DNA of 62,123 bases, filler included, from Vannella sp. (lineage: Eukaryota), in assembly GCA_023345925.1 (NCBI GenBank). It is 6 parts of 6 records of this genome, joined end to end, with 100 filler letters (N's around TTAATTAATTAA, not from the genome) between each part and the next. Parts side by side here need not be neighbours in the genome. Positions count along the whole stretch, not along the records: positions 9,009 to 27,476 come from JAJQQN010001210.1; positions 27,577 to 34,407 come from JAJQQN010000301.1; 4 more parts are not named here. The stretch is one strand, 5' to 3'. This document shows, one piece after another, positions 21,414-32,400 of this stretch. The notes beneath the pieces were generated by a model. The model worked only from the letters and a program-made list of their open reading frames with translations. It was not told where the DNA came from and searched no databases. The position numbers and the translations under genes were made by a program. The number at the start of each line of letters is the position of its first letter. The stretch's first letter is position 1.

Positions 21414-22859
21414 TTAGCGGAGGCGTTCGGTCCACTGCTCGAAGAGCTTTCTGTGGTGCTCGTCTGGATGATATCGCTTGAACTCGATCTGTTTTACTTC
21501 CTTAAAGCCTTCCTCGGTGGTGGGAGCTTCGAAGTGTTTCTTGTACGTGTTGAAACCCACTCCAGGAACGTGGCGCTGTTGACCTTCAGTCAACACCTCA
21601 CGGAAGCTGTTCATGTGCTGAGCTATTTCCAGAGAAGTCTGGAAGTGGAAGCAACGAACAGGCACACTAGCACTCTGTGCTGCTTTGATGTAGCTTTCGC
21701 GGACACTCTTGGATGGACTGGTGTTGTCGACAACCACCGATTTGCCTTGTGCCAAAGCGGCTTTGGTGGCAGCCAAACACTTGGCAGGGGTACCGAGTGT
21801 GTCGCGGTTCACATGAACGTATCCGCTGGGGAGAAGATAAGTCTTGGCGAAGGTGCTCTTGCCAGACGCGGGGAAACCAACAAAGACAATCACTTCTTGC
21901 TCTGCAGAGACCAACGCTTCACTTTTGAACGGTTGTTCAGTGGAGACTGCAATCTCGGTGGGGTTGATAGTGAGCCAGCTGAATTCCACGGCTTTCTCAC
22001 CCAGGAAGTACTCCTCAGGTGTTTGGAAGGGAACACCAGCGTTCACAGCAAACTTGCGGTCACTACAACCGTGATCCTTCTTCTTTCCTTCCGCCCAACC
22101 GGCAGGGCGGCCGGCGGCATCCCCAATGTAGAAGCTCTCTTTGAGGTCAATCGGGGCGGTTATCAGATTCTCGGCACAGAAAGTGAACATGGCGGGGGAA
22201 GGCTTGCGGTAGATGTCATCCTCTGTGGCAAGGATAGCGCACAAGGGCACCTTGCAATCCGCAGCCAAGTCGTCAATCTTCCCTTGAATGTCTTGCGCTC
22301 TTGAAGCGCCAGTGCTGAGACCTTTCTGGTTGGACATAATGACGATCTTGTATCCATCCTTGTGCAGCTGAGCCAACTTGGAGGGCACCTCTTCGAACAT
22401 CCACACCCAGTCACTGCGGCCTTGAGGATGGATCTTTCCGCTCTTGGGGCGCACAAGCGTGGTATCCATGTCAAATGCGGCGATTTTGCCGGTGTCAGGG
22501 CTTTCAGGAGCATTCAAGTAGATGATGCTCTCATGAGTAGTCCAGAAGCTGGTCTTCAAGGTTCGTTTGGACCGCTTGGAGACGGGAGGAGGAGGGAGGT
22601 CCTCCTCCTCAGAGGAATCACCGAAGTTGTCTCCGTCGTCTTCAGACTCACCAAAGTCGTCCTTCTCGTCTTCATCCTCAGAGTCAACTTCTCCCTTTTG
22701 GGCTCGCACGACTCGATCAACCAAGGTCTTCTTGACACCATTGGCCGCAAGACCTTCATCTTCCAACCATTCCTTCAACTTGGCAACGGTCCACTTGCTT
22801 GGATCATCCAACTCCTTCTTCTTCTCCACAGGAGAGCGAGAACGTTTACCGAGAACCAT
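21414..22859 (-). CDS. PNKP: Polynucleotide kinase 3'-phosphatase with N-terminal SAP domain
   Basis: SAP (WTVAKLKEWLEDEGLAANGVKKTLVDRV), HAD FDMDTTL, YRKPSP, IGDAAGR, P-loop GFPASGKS. Confidence 0.93.
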   Translation of the reverse strand: MVLGKRSRSPVEKKKELDDPSKWTVAKLKEWLEDEGLAANGVKKTLVDRVVRAQKGEVDSEDEDEKDDFGESEDDGDNFGDSSEEEDLPPPPVSKRSKRTLKTSFWTTHESIIYLNAPESPDTGKIAAFDMDTTLVRPKSGKIHPQGRSDWVWMFEEVPSKLAQLHKDGYKIVIMSNQKGLSTGASRAQDIQGKIDDLAADCKVPLCAILATEDDIYRKPSPAMFTFCAENLITAPIDLKESFYIGDAAGRPAGWAEGKKKDHGCSDRKFAVNAGVPFQTPEEYFLGEKAVEFSWLTINPTEIAVSTEQPFKSEALVSAEQEVIVFVGFPASGKSTFAKTYLLPSGYVHVNRDTLGTPAKCLAATKAALAQGKSVVVDNTSPSKSVRESYIKAAQSASVPVRCFHFQTSLEIAQHMNSFREVLTEGQQRHVPGVGFNTYKKHFEAPTTEEGFKEVKQIEFKRYHPDEHHRKLFEQWTERLR

Positions 22860-23115
22860 CAATCGAGCTTGAAAACGAATGGCGACAGTTGATGACAGCC
22901 AGCCAACCATTTGTCAGCCCAGCCATTACGCATTTCCCACAATTCCGCAGTTTCCTTTCTTAACGAATAAAATCGTTTTTATTCGGTTTTCAAATGAGGA
23001 CTTGCATTTCCACGACCAAAAGACTCACAACCTTTTTTCAAAATTTCTTGGAAAAAAAAGATATTTGGGGTTTTGGTTTTCCATTTTCGCGCGCGCCACA
23101 GGTACTCCAAGCGGG

Positions 23116-23765
23116 ATGCTTTCAGAAGAGGCGTTTGGAAAGCTTTACTTGCATTGCGCGAAGTATCCTCATGCGATGGTGTTTGGGATACTTCTGGGGA
23201 AGGAAGGGAGCAAGGTAGATCAGGTGGTTCCCTTGTTCCATGGGCCCTTCCTGGCGCCCATGTTTGAGGCGGGGATGCGTTTGGTTCGTGATTGCCTTGG
23301 TTGCGGCGCAGGGTCTTACGTTATGGTAGATCGAGGCATTCTGCAGTCAAGAAGGTTACACCATCAAAGGAAGCTATTTCGCAGACGAACGACTGCGCGC
23401 TGATGTGAAGGATGTACCGGCGATTGTGTCTGCTTCTGCCACAAAGATCCATTCTCTCTACCCCCAGAGTGTGCTTCTTTCTGTCAACAACCTCCAAGTC
23501 CATCCAAGTACAGCAGAGAACCTCCTTCGAGTAGGTTTTGACAGTTTCTGCTCGGTTGCGGTTGTTCATCCCTCCCCAGACACTCTTACAGAATAAGTCA
23601 GGGCACTGGGAACCTTCTGAATCTCTCCAAGCTTTCAAAGCTCAGGAAAACACAACTGGCAATCTTCAGAAGCTCCTTCAGAATGGTCCACAGCAAATCG
23701 TTGACTTTGACGATCATCTGGCAGTTCCCTCACTTCAATTTCTTCCCTGTTCTTCTCATTCATAG
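23116..23765 (+). CDS. EMC8: ER membrane complex subunit 8/9 (UPF0172)
   Basis: KLYLHCAKYPH...GILLG...VPLFH, two introns, IVDFDDHL. Confidence 0.88.
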
Positions 23766-23916
23766 GCTCGGAACCAGTCTCCAATTCGATTGAGAATGTG
23801 AATAGAAAGAGAGAAAGTTTCCCATCACTCAATGTCAACTCCTCCGCGCCTATCTCTCCTCTTTTACAGCTCTGTCCTTCTCTATGCTCACAATCCAATG
23901 TCCATTCTCATTTGGC

Positions 23917-23960
23917 ATTGCTAGTGGGACTGTCTGACCATCGCTGGTCCCACTAGCAAT
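23917..23960. repeat. Perfect 14-bp inverted repeat with 16-nt spacer
   Basis: ATTGCTAGTGGGAC (23917-23930) and GTCCCACTAGCAAT (23947-23960). Confidence 0.9.
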
Positions 23961-24639
23961 ATCAATTAGCCACTAGTTCGCTTGTTGAAGCTGGCTCTTC
24001 GTCACGGCCAGCTCACCCACCCCACATCTGGCCATCGCAAGTAAGGGACTAGGAATCTCAAGAACGAAGCTTTGTTTGTGGTGGAAGGATCACTCTTGGA
24101 ATGGGGAATTGTCTTCGTTCTCTGGCGGGGGCCAGCCTCCTCCTTCAGGCCTTTCATGGCAGGTTGCCTCCGTTTCCGGAAGCGCGAGACCCGTCGTAGG
24201 GTTATCTTTGGTCACAGGTTGAATGGTCACCTCCTCTTGCAAAGGGGCAATGAGGGGAAGAGTGGGGGTGTGTGGCAAGGTATCCCCACACAGAAGAAAC
24301 CAAACGTTTTGAGGGTCGGTTGACATGTGTTGGTCGATAAGTAATGATCCTCACCACGGCAGGACCATCACCACGTAAGAAATGCACTGAGGGAGGTAAG
24401 GAATGAGGGATCTGATGCATCAAGGGCCAATCACGGTGATTTTGAGAGCCCAAGGCCCTCATCAGAAGGTTCCCCTCACCTTGAATCGACACAGGCGAGG
24501 CACCATCAAATCTCCAAGAGGCGAGGGTTGGTCATTGGCAGGAGCAGCTCCATCCTTTTCGGATGGATTCCTCGAAATGACATAATAATTATGCGCTAAA
24601 TGCAATGTTGTTACGCTTGCTTTGTAATTATTTGAGGAG

Positions 24640-25083
24640 ATGTTGAGAAGTCCCATGCGCTTGTTCCAAAGCTCGCCTTTGTTGTTTGGTGAGTTGGAGG
24701 GGGAAGGTGGAGATGAAGCTGATGCAGGAGGGTTGGGTAGCCAACAACATCAAAGCAAAGAAGCAGAAGGAGCGAATCCTCAAGAAGCGCATCGGAGCTG
24801 CATTGCAGAAGGCCCAGATTCGACAGAACCAAGGAGATGTCGTAAGGAGGGTCCCCTTGGGCTACTTTCCTAACTGGATCTACGTTAGATCACAGACACG
24901 TACGTGCTCCTGGCGTACAAAGAGCTGGCGGAGGAGTGCGGGGACTGGGACGGCGCTCGCAAGTACCACAAGCAGATCATCTCCAAACGGATGAACCCCA
25001 AGCGAAGAGCTGCTCTTCAAATGGCTCAGAACGAACTCGACGGCTCTAACGACGAAGTGATTGGCACGATGGACCAGATGTGA
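24640..25083 (+). CDS. Small basic hypothetical protein with mitochondrial-targeting-like N-terminus
   Basis: Two GT-AG introns with branch-like motifs give MLRSPMRLFQSSPLLFANNIKAKKQKERILKKR...DGARKYHKQIISKRMNPKRRAALQ...MDQM. Confidence 0.55.
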
Positions 25084-25205
25084 TTGCCTCTCGGCGCCAA
25101 ACTCCCCCTATTCGTGCAACAAACACTCTAGCTCGTTGTACCTTTCTTCCTCGCAGCTGCTTCTCTCTCTGGGAGTCGAGAGAGAAGGAAAGGAGGCATT
25201 CAGTG

Positions 25206-27092
25206 ATGGCCAGCCCCAAGCGGGTGCTCCTGTTGGGGGGAAATGGCTTGTTTGGGCATCGGATTGGTCGACTCTTCGCTCAGCGGAATGGCAGAGAGAA
25301 GCTTGAGGTGTTGGTGGGTTGCAGAACACTTCAGAAGGCGGTGCAAACTGCAGAGACGTTGCAAACTCCCTCTTTGGGTACGACGTTCACTCCCTTCGTC
25401 ATTGGAGACCTCCCAGCCTCAGAAAAGGGAGAGATCTGGAGCAAGATCATCCAAAGTGCAAAGCCTGACGTCGTTATCAACACTATCGGCCCTTTTGTCT
25501 ACGAAGAAAGCTCTTCTGGTCCGGTTTCTCCCAGTTTCGCGCTTCCCCTTTGCTGTGCAAAGGCAGGGGTGCACTACATCGATCTAGCAGATGAAAGAGT
25601 CTACTTACAACACTTCGAGTCCCAGTTGAACGCCGCAGCGCAGCAATCTGGAGCATGTCTCCTCAGTGGAGCCAGCACCACGCCTGGTCTCACCATGGCG
25701 ATCGGACGGATGCTGAACGGAGAGTGTGAACTACCAGAGGCTCCGCAGAGTGCACTCTCAACGATTGACAAGTTCCATTGGGCCCTGTCACCGGGAAGCC
25801 GCATTGGCAATCAAGGCAGTGGCGAAGCGACCGTATCAAGCATTCTCCGGACCATAGGAAACCCAATCCCGGCTCCCAACAGATCAGGAGATCCAACAGG
25901 AGTGGTCTGGGGCACTGCGAAGCAGTATCCATTCCGATGGCTGGGGGAACGCCGCTTTGTTGCTCCAGTTGATCACGCAGACATCGATTTGCTGAATAGT
26001 GACCCTTCTGATCCCCGTAGTGTCTCTGTGACTTGCTTGGCAGGGCTGGAGCTCAATGCCTTGACTTGGGGACTAACTTTGGCCGCGAGAATCTTTCCTT
26101 TCTCCCCCAAACTGAAGAACTTTGCTACCAAACTGGCCCTGAAGACGCTTCCCCTTAGCAGAAGAATAGGAACCGATCGGGGAGCGTTTGCTGTGGTTCT
26201 AGAGGGTGTCACAGAAACTTATTCCAAAGTCTCTCGTCAGTTTGATCTCTTGGCAGAGAATGGCGACGGTCCGTTTATCCCAGCAATACCTTCATATGCT
26301 ACTGCTTGTTATCTTCTTGAAAAGGAGACTCCAGCAGGTGCATTTGTGTGTGGAGGAAAGCGTTCTCCTCCTGTCTTTTCGTTTGAGGATTTTGCTCGGG
26401 TAGTAGAAGAACATGGTCTTTCTTTGTATTGGTCTGTCTTTGACGAGCGCCCTTCTCCTCATTTGTACCAAAAGGTAATGGGAAGTGCATTCTATCGGAT
26501 GCCGGAACTCGTCCAACAACTTCATGGCTCATCTGATCTCGAAGCTTCTGGAGTTTGCAGAGTACATCGAGGGGGAAACCTCATCTCTCGCGCAATTGGA
26601 ACCATTCTAGGACTGCCTGTGGAAGGAGATGAAGTGGAAACGAATGTACGAATTACTGCAGATCCTTCAGGAGTGGAAACCTGGACAAGAAGCTTCAACG
26701 GTGCGCTTTTCCAGACAACCCAAGAACGGGGTACATTGCCTCCTTCTCTGAAAATGCCACACACATGCGGAATGCTCAAAGAAACTATTTCCACGCCAGG
26801 TTTCGGTCCACTTTCGGTTCTGGCAGAAATGGAAGCAATCGCCGTCATTAAAGGAAGCCCCATTGGCCTTGACTGGACAATCAACCAGTACAGAGTGTTG
26901 GGTAAGACACTCAAACAGCCTCCATTCCTAAATCCAATTGTCCATGCAAGAGAACGAGTTGTCCTCACGAAAGAGGGCGAGCCGAGATTTCAATTTGACG
27001 TTCGTATCGACCTCCCACTCGGCCTTGGCCTTTTAGTCCATTACAAAGGCCAATTGGTTCTCCAAACAAAAGGACCTTCGACCAGCACCTAA
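25206..27092 (+). CDS. Saccharopine dehydrogenase-like oxidoreductase fused to DUF4166
   Basis: VLLLGGNGLFG Rossmann motif, VINTIGPF, HYIDLAD, GASTTPGL; C-terminal LYQKVMG...LHG...ETWTRSF...VHYKG; intronless. Confidence 0.85.
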   Translation: MASPKRVLLLGGNGLFGHRIGRLFAQRNGREKLEVLVGCRTLQKAVQTAETLQTPSLGTTFTPFVIGDLPASEKGEIWSKIIQSAKPDVVINTIGPFVYEESSSGPVSPSFALPLCCAKAGVHYIDLADERVYLQHFESQLNAAAQQSGACLLSGASTTPGLTMAIGRMLNGECELPEAPQSALSTIDKFHWALSPGSRIGNQGSGEATVSSILRTIGNPIPAPNRSGDPTGVVWGTAKQYPFRWLGERRFVAPVDHADIDLLNSDPSDPRSVSVTCLAGLELNALTWGLTLAARIFPFSPKLKNFATKLALKTLPLSRRIGTDRGAFAVVLEGVTETYSKVSRQFDLLAENGDGPFIPAIPSYATACYLLEKETPAGAFVCGGKRSPPVFSFEDFARVVEEHGLSLYWSVFDERPSPHLYQKVMGSAFYRMPELVQQLHGSSDLEASGVCRVHRGGNLISRAIGTILGLPVEGDEVETNVRITADPSGVETWTRSFNGALFQTTQERGTLPPSLKMPHTCGMLKETISTPGFGPLSVLAEMEAIAVIKGSPIGLDWTINQYRVLGKTLKQPPFLNPIVHARERVVLTKEGEPRFQFDVRIDLPLGLGLLVHYKGQLVLQTKGPSTST

Positions 27093-27476
27093 CGCAAACA
27101 CTCAATCTCAAGCCTTACGGGAGCAGTGAACCCCACTTGCTTCTAGCTCTTATTGTCAGCAACCTCCTTGTCGCAGAGTTCTTCTAAAACTGGCTTTACT
27201 GAATGAGTCACTTGCAGAAAATCTATTACTCGCTCATAGGATCTTCGAGCTTCACTAACAAGCTAGGTTGGCGGCCGGTGGTTCTACTTCTACGTGCCCA
27301 ACGTCGGACTCTGCGTAACTTCTGGAAGCTCTCAATCTGGATTCGAGCTTCTAGAAACAACTCCCAAAGAGTACTGCGAGACCAAGGTGGACTCGGCGTA
27401 ACTTCTCGAAGCTTCTAGAAACAAAGACAAAGAATACTCCGAGACTAAGATTGACTTTGAGCTTCCAGAAGGAACG

Positions 27477-27576
27477 NNNNNNNNNNNNNNNNNNNNNNNN
27501 NNNNNNNNNNNNNNNNNNNNTTAATTAATTAANNNNNNNNNNNNNNNNNNNNNNNNNNNNNNNNNNNNNNNNNNNN
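27477..27576. other. Artificial contig linker
   Basis: N-TTAATTAATTAA-N. Confidence 0.98.
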
Positions 27577-27784
27577 GTTGGGGATTCTTGAAAAGAAGGG
27601 AAAATCCTTGGCGGTGTGTTGCATTGAATACGCTTGCTGATGTTACGCGCATCGCTGCGGAGAGTTTTCCAAATTAAGAGGGTTAGGAAGCCCCTGCCGC
27701 CTTGCCAAGCTAAAAAATTGCAGCCCGGCTAGGAATACCCATCCCAAGAGAATCCCTTAGTACTCTTGATCGGGCCGTGGGGAG

Positions 27785-29814
27785 ATGTCGGAACTGGAGG
27801 AAGACTTGGCAGCGGGTTTGCAGACTCTTCTGCTCACAAACATCTCTCGGGATGAGCTGTTTGCTCAAGTGGCGAGTGAGCCAGCGCCAGGGCACAAGCT
27901 GAAGCTGGGGGGACGATCAACGAAGGCGAAGAAGACAAAGGAGAAGCTGTTTAGTTTCATTCGTGGGGGTTCGAAGCCTTCTGCACCTGCGTTTGAGCTT
28001 TCTGGTCCTTCTGGCTTTCGTCAGGCTACTCACATCGACTTTGACGCTGACACTGGCACCTTTAAGGTTCGTTCGCGCTCTTCGTCTCGTCTCCCTCCTT
28101 ACGTGGGTGTGAAGGGGCTTCCAGACGAATGGGAGGTGATGTTAGGGGTCTCAGGTATACAAAAGGAAGAGTATCAAGCGGATCCGGACACTCTCTTGAA
28201 GGTTTTGGAGTTCCAAGAGAACGTTATGAAGGACAACATCCACCCGGGCCTGATGGTCGCGCCACCGGATACCTGCGTGGAAGCTCTTCCTGATTTGGCT
28301 CATCTGACTCGTAAACCTCTCCCGCAAGTCCCAGGAGCGCCTGTGAGGGACGCTCCTGTAACTCCCAAGCCGTTACCATCAGTCCCTGGCAAGGCAGAGG
28401 CCTCTGGAACACCAGCTCCATCAAGAACACTACCAGGGCGCCCAGTTCCTCCCCAGAAGCCCTCTTGTTTGCGCCCTGTCCCCGAGCCGCTGTCCTCTCG
28501 TCCCTTACCAACCAAGCCCCAGTCTCCTAGACCCACCACTGGCAAGCCACCAACTATCAAAGAGCCCCAGCACTCGGCTCCTTCACGAATAGTGAGAGCT
28601 CCGCCTGCCAAACCCCTTCCCGCGGCTTCCCTTCTCCCTCCTCCGCCCACCTCTCTCCCTGAGGAGCCCACCTACGACATCCCTGTCCCCGTAAGCACAT
28701 CAGAAGACAACGAGCTTGCTCCTTCCGGCTGCCCGACAAACGTGTTCTTCGCATTGAGTAAGTCACTTTCTTCTTCCTCCTCGGGGGACTCACTTAGCCT
28801 CCTCTAGAGCACTTGATATCCTTTGAGGACCCCACAGAGAGGTTCACAGATGAAGTAGAGATCGGAAGTGGGGCGAGCGGAACCGTTTCCGTTGCGACGG
28901 ACGGCCGGACCAATCAGAAAGTGGCGATTAAGAAGATGGTGTTGGCCAAAGGCGTCAATCAGATCTCCACTGTCACGGCGGAGATCACTATCATGAAGGA
29001 GGCGTCGCACAAGAACATTGTCAACTACATTGAAAGTTACATTGTGGGCAGGAAGCTCTGGTGTGTGATGGAGTACATGGATGGCGGTGATCTTACCGAG
29101 GTCATTCGTATTTATGGAGAGCGGCTTTTGGAGAGCCATATTGCGACCATCCTACGGGAGACTCTCAAGGGACTGCATTATCTTCACACTCTCCCTTTGC
29201 CAGTCATTCACAGAGACATTAAGAGTGATAACATTCTCCTGGGCTTGGACGGGTCACTCAAAATCAGTGCGTTCATCACTTACAAAGGGAAGGGAAGGAG
29301 AAACAGTATTCTGACTTGATGGACAGCGGACTTTGGATTCGGAGCCAGACTGACGAAAGAGGAATCTAAGAGGAAGAGTGTCATTGGAACAACATATTGG
29401 ATGGCCCCCGAGGTGGTCACGTCTCAGCCATACGGAACCAAAGTCGATATCTGGAGTGTCGGTATTCTCGCTCAGGAATTGGTTGAGTTGGAGCCCCCTT
29501 ACATGGAAGAAACCCTCCTCAAAGCTCTATTTTTGATTGCCTCTCAAGGGAGGGCTCCTTTCAAGAACCCTGAGAAGCTGTCGGCCAGTTTCAAGAACTT
29601 TGTCAAACAATGTACAATTATGGATCCCAACGCACGCCCCTCTGCTGCTCAGCTACTTCGCGTAGGTAACTCCCTCTCCTCTGAATACCAATGATGCTTA
29701 TTTGTGGCCATTCAGCATCCATTCCTGCAGACAGGCTGTCCGCAATCCGCCCTGGTCCCGGTCATTTTGACCACTCTGGAAGAAGCCAAGGCTGAGGATC
29801 GTTCGGACGAGTAA
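27785..29814 (+). CDS. PAK/Ste20-family kinase with CRIB domain and proline-rich linker
   Basis: LSGPSGFRQATH...GLPDEW (CRIB), GSGASG, VAIKKM, HRDIKSDN, DFG after an intron, YWMAPE; stop TAA 29812-29814. Confidence 0.93.
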
Positions 29815-29839
29815 ACCATTTGTAATCTTCCTTCGCCTT

Positions 29840-30552
29840 CTAGAAGAGCTTCAAGTGCCCACAAACGCTATCGATAGCAGAGACGGGCGCTGAGAAAGCG
29901 TCAAAGGTTAGGAATGTCGGTTCGGACTGGACCAGGCCGCTCTCATACCTGGGCCGATGGCAAGGACTGTTTCTGTGCCTGGTTCTAACTGAGTGTTGCC
30001 AGCATCTGCAACGAGGTAGTTGTTTAAGCCGGCGTCTGTTGCCTTTTGCTTGAGCTCGTGAAGTTCCTTTTCGCTTGACACTCGCAGGGCAATCTTGGCC
30101 TCCCCTAGCGTCATCCATCGATCGATAGATTCGTCATCTGCTGTTCTGCACGAGGGTAAGGGTTCATGGTCCATGCGAGGAGTAGCATACCCGTAGGCAC
30201 CCAAAGTAGCGTGTCCGCATTGCGCACAAGCCTTCCCTTTGGTCATTTTGAGGTCGTTCCGCACGCACAGCACCTGAATACCTCTCAGAGGCATTCTTCA
30301 CTCCACTAGAGAGGCTCTTACCATCTTATAAGGTTCCCCTTCGTACTCTTCGTCCTCCTCCTCCTCGGAGTCACCACCAGCAACTTCCTCCCCCTCCAGC
30401 TCCCCCTTCTCTCCCCTACTGCTACCAGGCGCCCTTCCCACAGCTTGCTGTACCTTGCTACCAGCACCGTAACCAGCAAAGTAGCCAGCCGCCAAGCAGA
30501 CCGCGCCCAACACCAAAGCCGGCACCAGACCCGCCTTCGTCTCCTCGGCCAT
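29840..30552 (-). CDS. PTH2: Peptidyl-tRNA hydrolase 2 with N-terminal membrane anchor
   Basis: YKM/VLCVRNDLKMTKGKACAQCGHA, DAGNTQLEPGTETVLAIGPG, GHLKLF. Confidence 0.93.
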
Positions 30553-30609
30553 CACGAATGAGGAAGAGGCGGAGTTCAAGCCCGGGTTCCCAGTCATTTG
30601 GGGAAGCGC

Positions 30610-32330
30610 ATGTCCCTCTTGCGCGCTCTGCAGCCGGCTGATGCTGGTGCTTTCATTCAGGACGAGGAGTACGCTCTGTACTTGACGTCCACTCCTTTAG
30701 AACGTCTGGTGAAGGAGCCGGAGGTGTTGAGGGTGGAGGTGGAGCGGGTGGAGAGAGAGATGCAGGCGACGGTGGTGACGGACTACCGATCGTTTATTCA
30801 GGCTTCTCAGTGCATTAACAGCTTGCATGACCATATCAGTGAGTTGGCAGCATCACTGCAAGCTCTCTCTACGTCCTTGGCACCTCTCCCACGCGCGTGT
30901 GAGGAGTTCAGCAACAACACCGTCCAGTTGTATGCAGAACGGTACGTCTCTTCGTAGTCCTGAGGCTCTGATCTGACTATAGCAAAGAGAGAAGAACAAA
31001 CTCACACGCTGCAAGTATGACAAGATGCTGGAGCTGTTAAAGGTTCCCATGTTGATGGAGAAGCGCGTCAAGAAGGGCGATTTCGCTTCTGCTCTTCAGC
31101 TGCAGCAGTTTTCTGCTCAGTTATCGAAGAAGCATCAAAACGTGGCTGTTATACACTCTATTCAAGCAGATGTGGCCCTTCAGGTGACCGCCATGCGTGA
31201 CCAACTCCATCGGAACCTTCGCGGGAACGTCAAACTGCAACAGTGCTTGGAGAACATCTCTTACCTGAGGCGCTTGGAGATGTACTCTGATATGGAACTT
31301 CGTGTCATCTTCCTGAAGTCACGAGATGCTTGGCTCCAAGTACAGAGAGAGCGAATCTCTCCCAAGAACGCTTACTCGTTCCTTAGCAAGCTGGTGGATC
31401 ACACGCGAGATCACATCTACGAAGTGATCACTCAGTATCGTATCATCTTCTCTGACTCGGCTAAGATCGGCATGTTTGAGAACAACGAGGGTCGGAGCGA
31501 TGCCTCGGTCCTATCTAGTTGGGTAGTGCATCAAATAGAGCAGTTTCTCAGCGAACTGCGCTCCCACTTGCCTCGTGTACAAGAGGGAAGCTCCATTCGT
31601 AACCTAATGGACCTCACAATCTCTATTTCCCGGGTCGGTGTCGATGTTTCAGGTCAGAAAGACGTCCTCTGACCAATCCCTTCACTCAGAAGACTCACAT
31701 TACGTAGGATTCTTACCAAAGATCTTTGAAGAGCATGTCACATCGGTCTTCACCCAGCAACTAGTCAACGCGCGAAAGACATTCGCAGAATCCATCAAGT
31801 CCGACCAGATTACGAGCGCAGCGAAGGCCCACAATCCACTTTTGAGTAGGCACACTATCCTACATAGAAGGGCCATGCTGACACACCCATGAACAGTGGA
31901 GAGGAAAGAGTCTTTGGCACCGAGCAGAGTGCTTTTGGAGTACCCGCCGTTAGCCGTCTTAACGAACGGGTTCCTGCATGCTCTGAATGAGCTTCGTCAG
32001 TGTGCTATCTTGTCCATTCGACCTCAGCTAGCTAGGGTACTCTACCAACAGATAGAGGAGATTGTCGCTTCTCTTGTCACACAAAAGTCGACGGCGCGCT
32101 CCCCTGCTCGCCAGAAGGACCTCGCTTCTCTTGCTCAGGGCGCTGCAGAGCACTTTGTGCCCTTCATTGATCGCTGCTTCAATGCAGTGTTCCAAACCAC
32201 TCTCTCTCTGCTGGACGTGGCGGCTCTCCTTCACACTCTCGAGACTCTCTTCGAGAAGAAGTCCGTTCGGCCGACCTCCCACAGCGAGCCTTCCTTGCGA
32301 CCGGCTCATTCAATGCCTATACCCATCTAA
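30610..32330 (+). CDS. COG8: Conserved oligomeric Golgi complex subunit 8 (Dor1)
   Basis: LVKEPEVL, YRSFIQAS, LELLKVPMLME, ITQYRIIFSD, LLEYPPLAVLTNGFLHALNELRQC; several introns. Confidence 0.92.
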
Positions 32331-32400
32331 AGAGTCCTTTTGGCCACGGAGAGGAGAAGAAGGCAACGGTCGCCTGCCATTGTTTGATTGGGCGCTGGGC

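Noticed and set aside
21345..22304. Long antisense ORFs such as this 319-aa one, also 11558-12289, 48248-48937 and 44881-45576
   Set aside because: Shadows of well-supported genes on the opposite strand with no domain signal.
24090..24656. Minus-strand ORF pieces between EMC8 and the small mitochondrial-type gene
   Set aside because: No coherent spliced model or domain; overlaps the better-supported plus-strand start.
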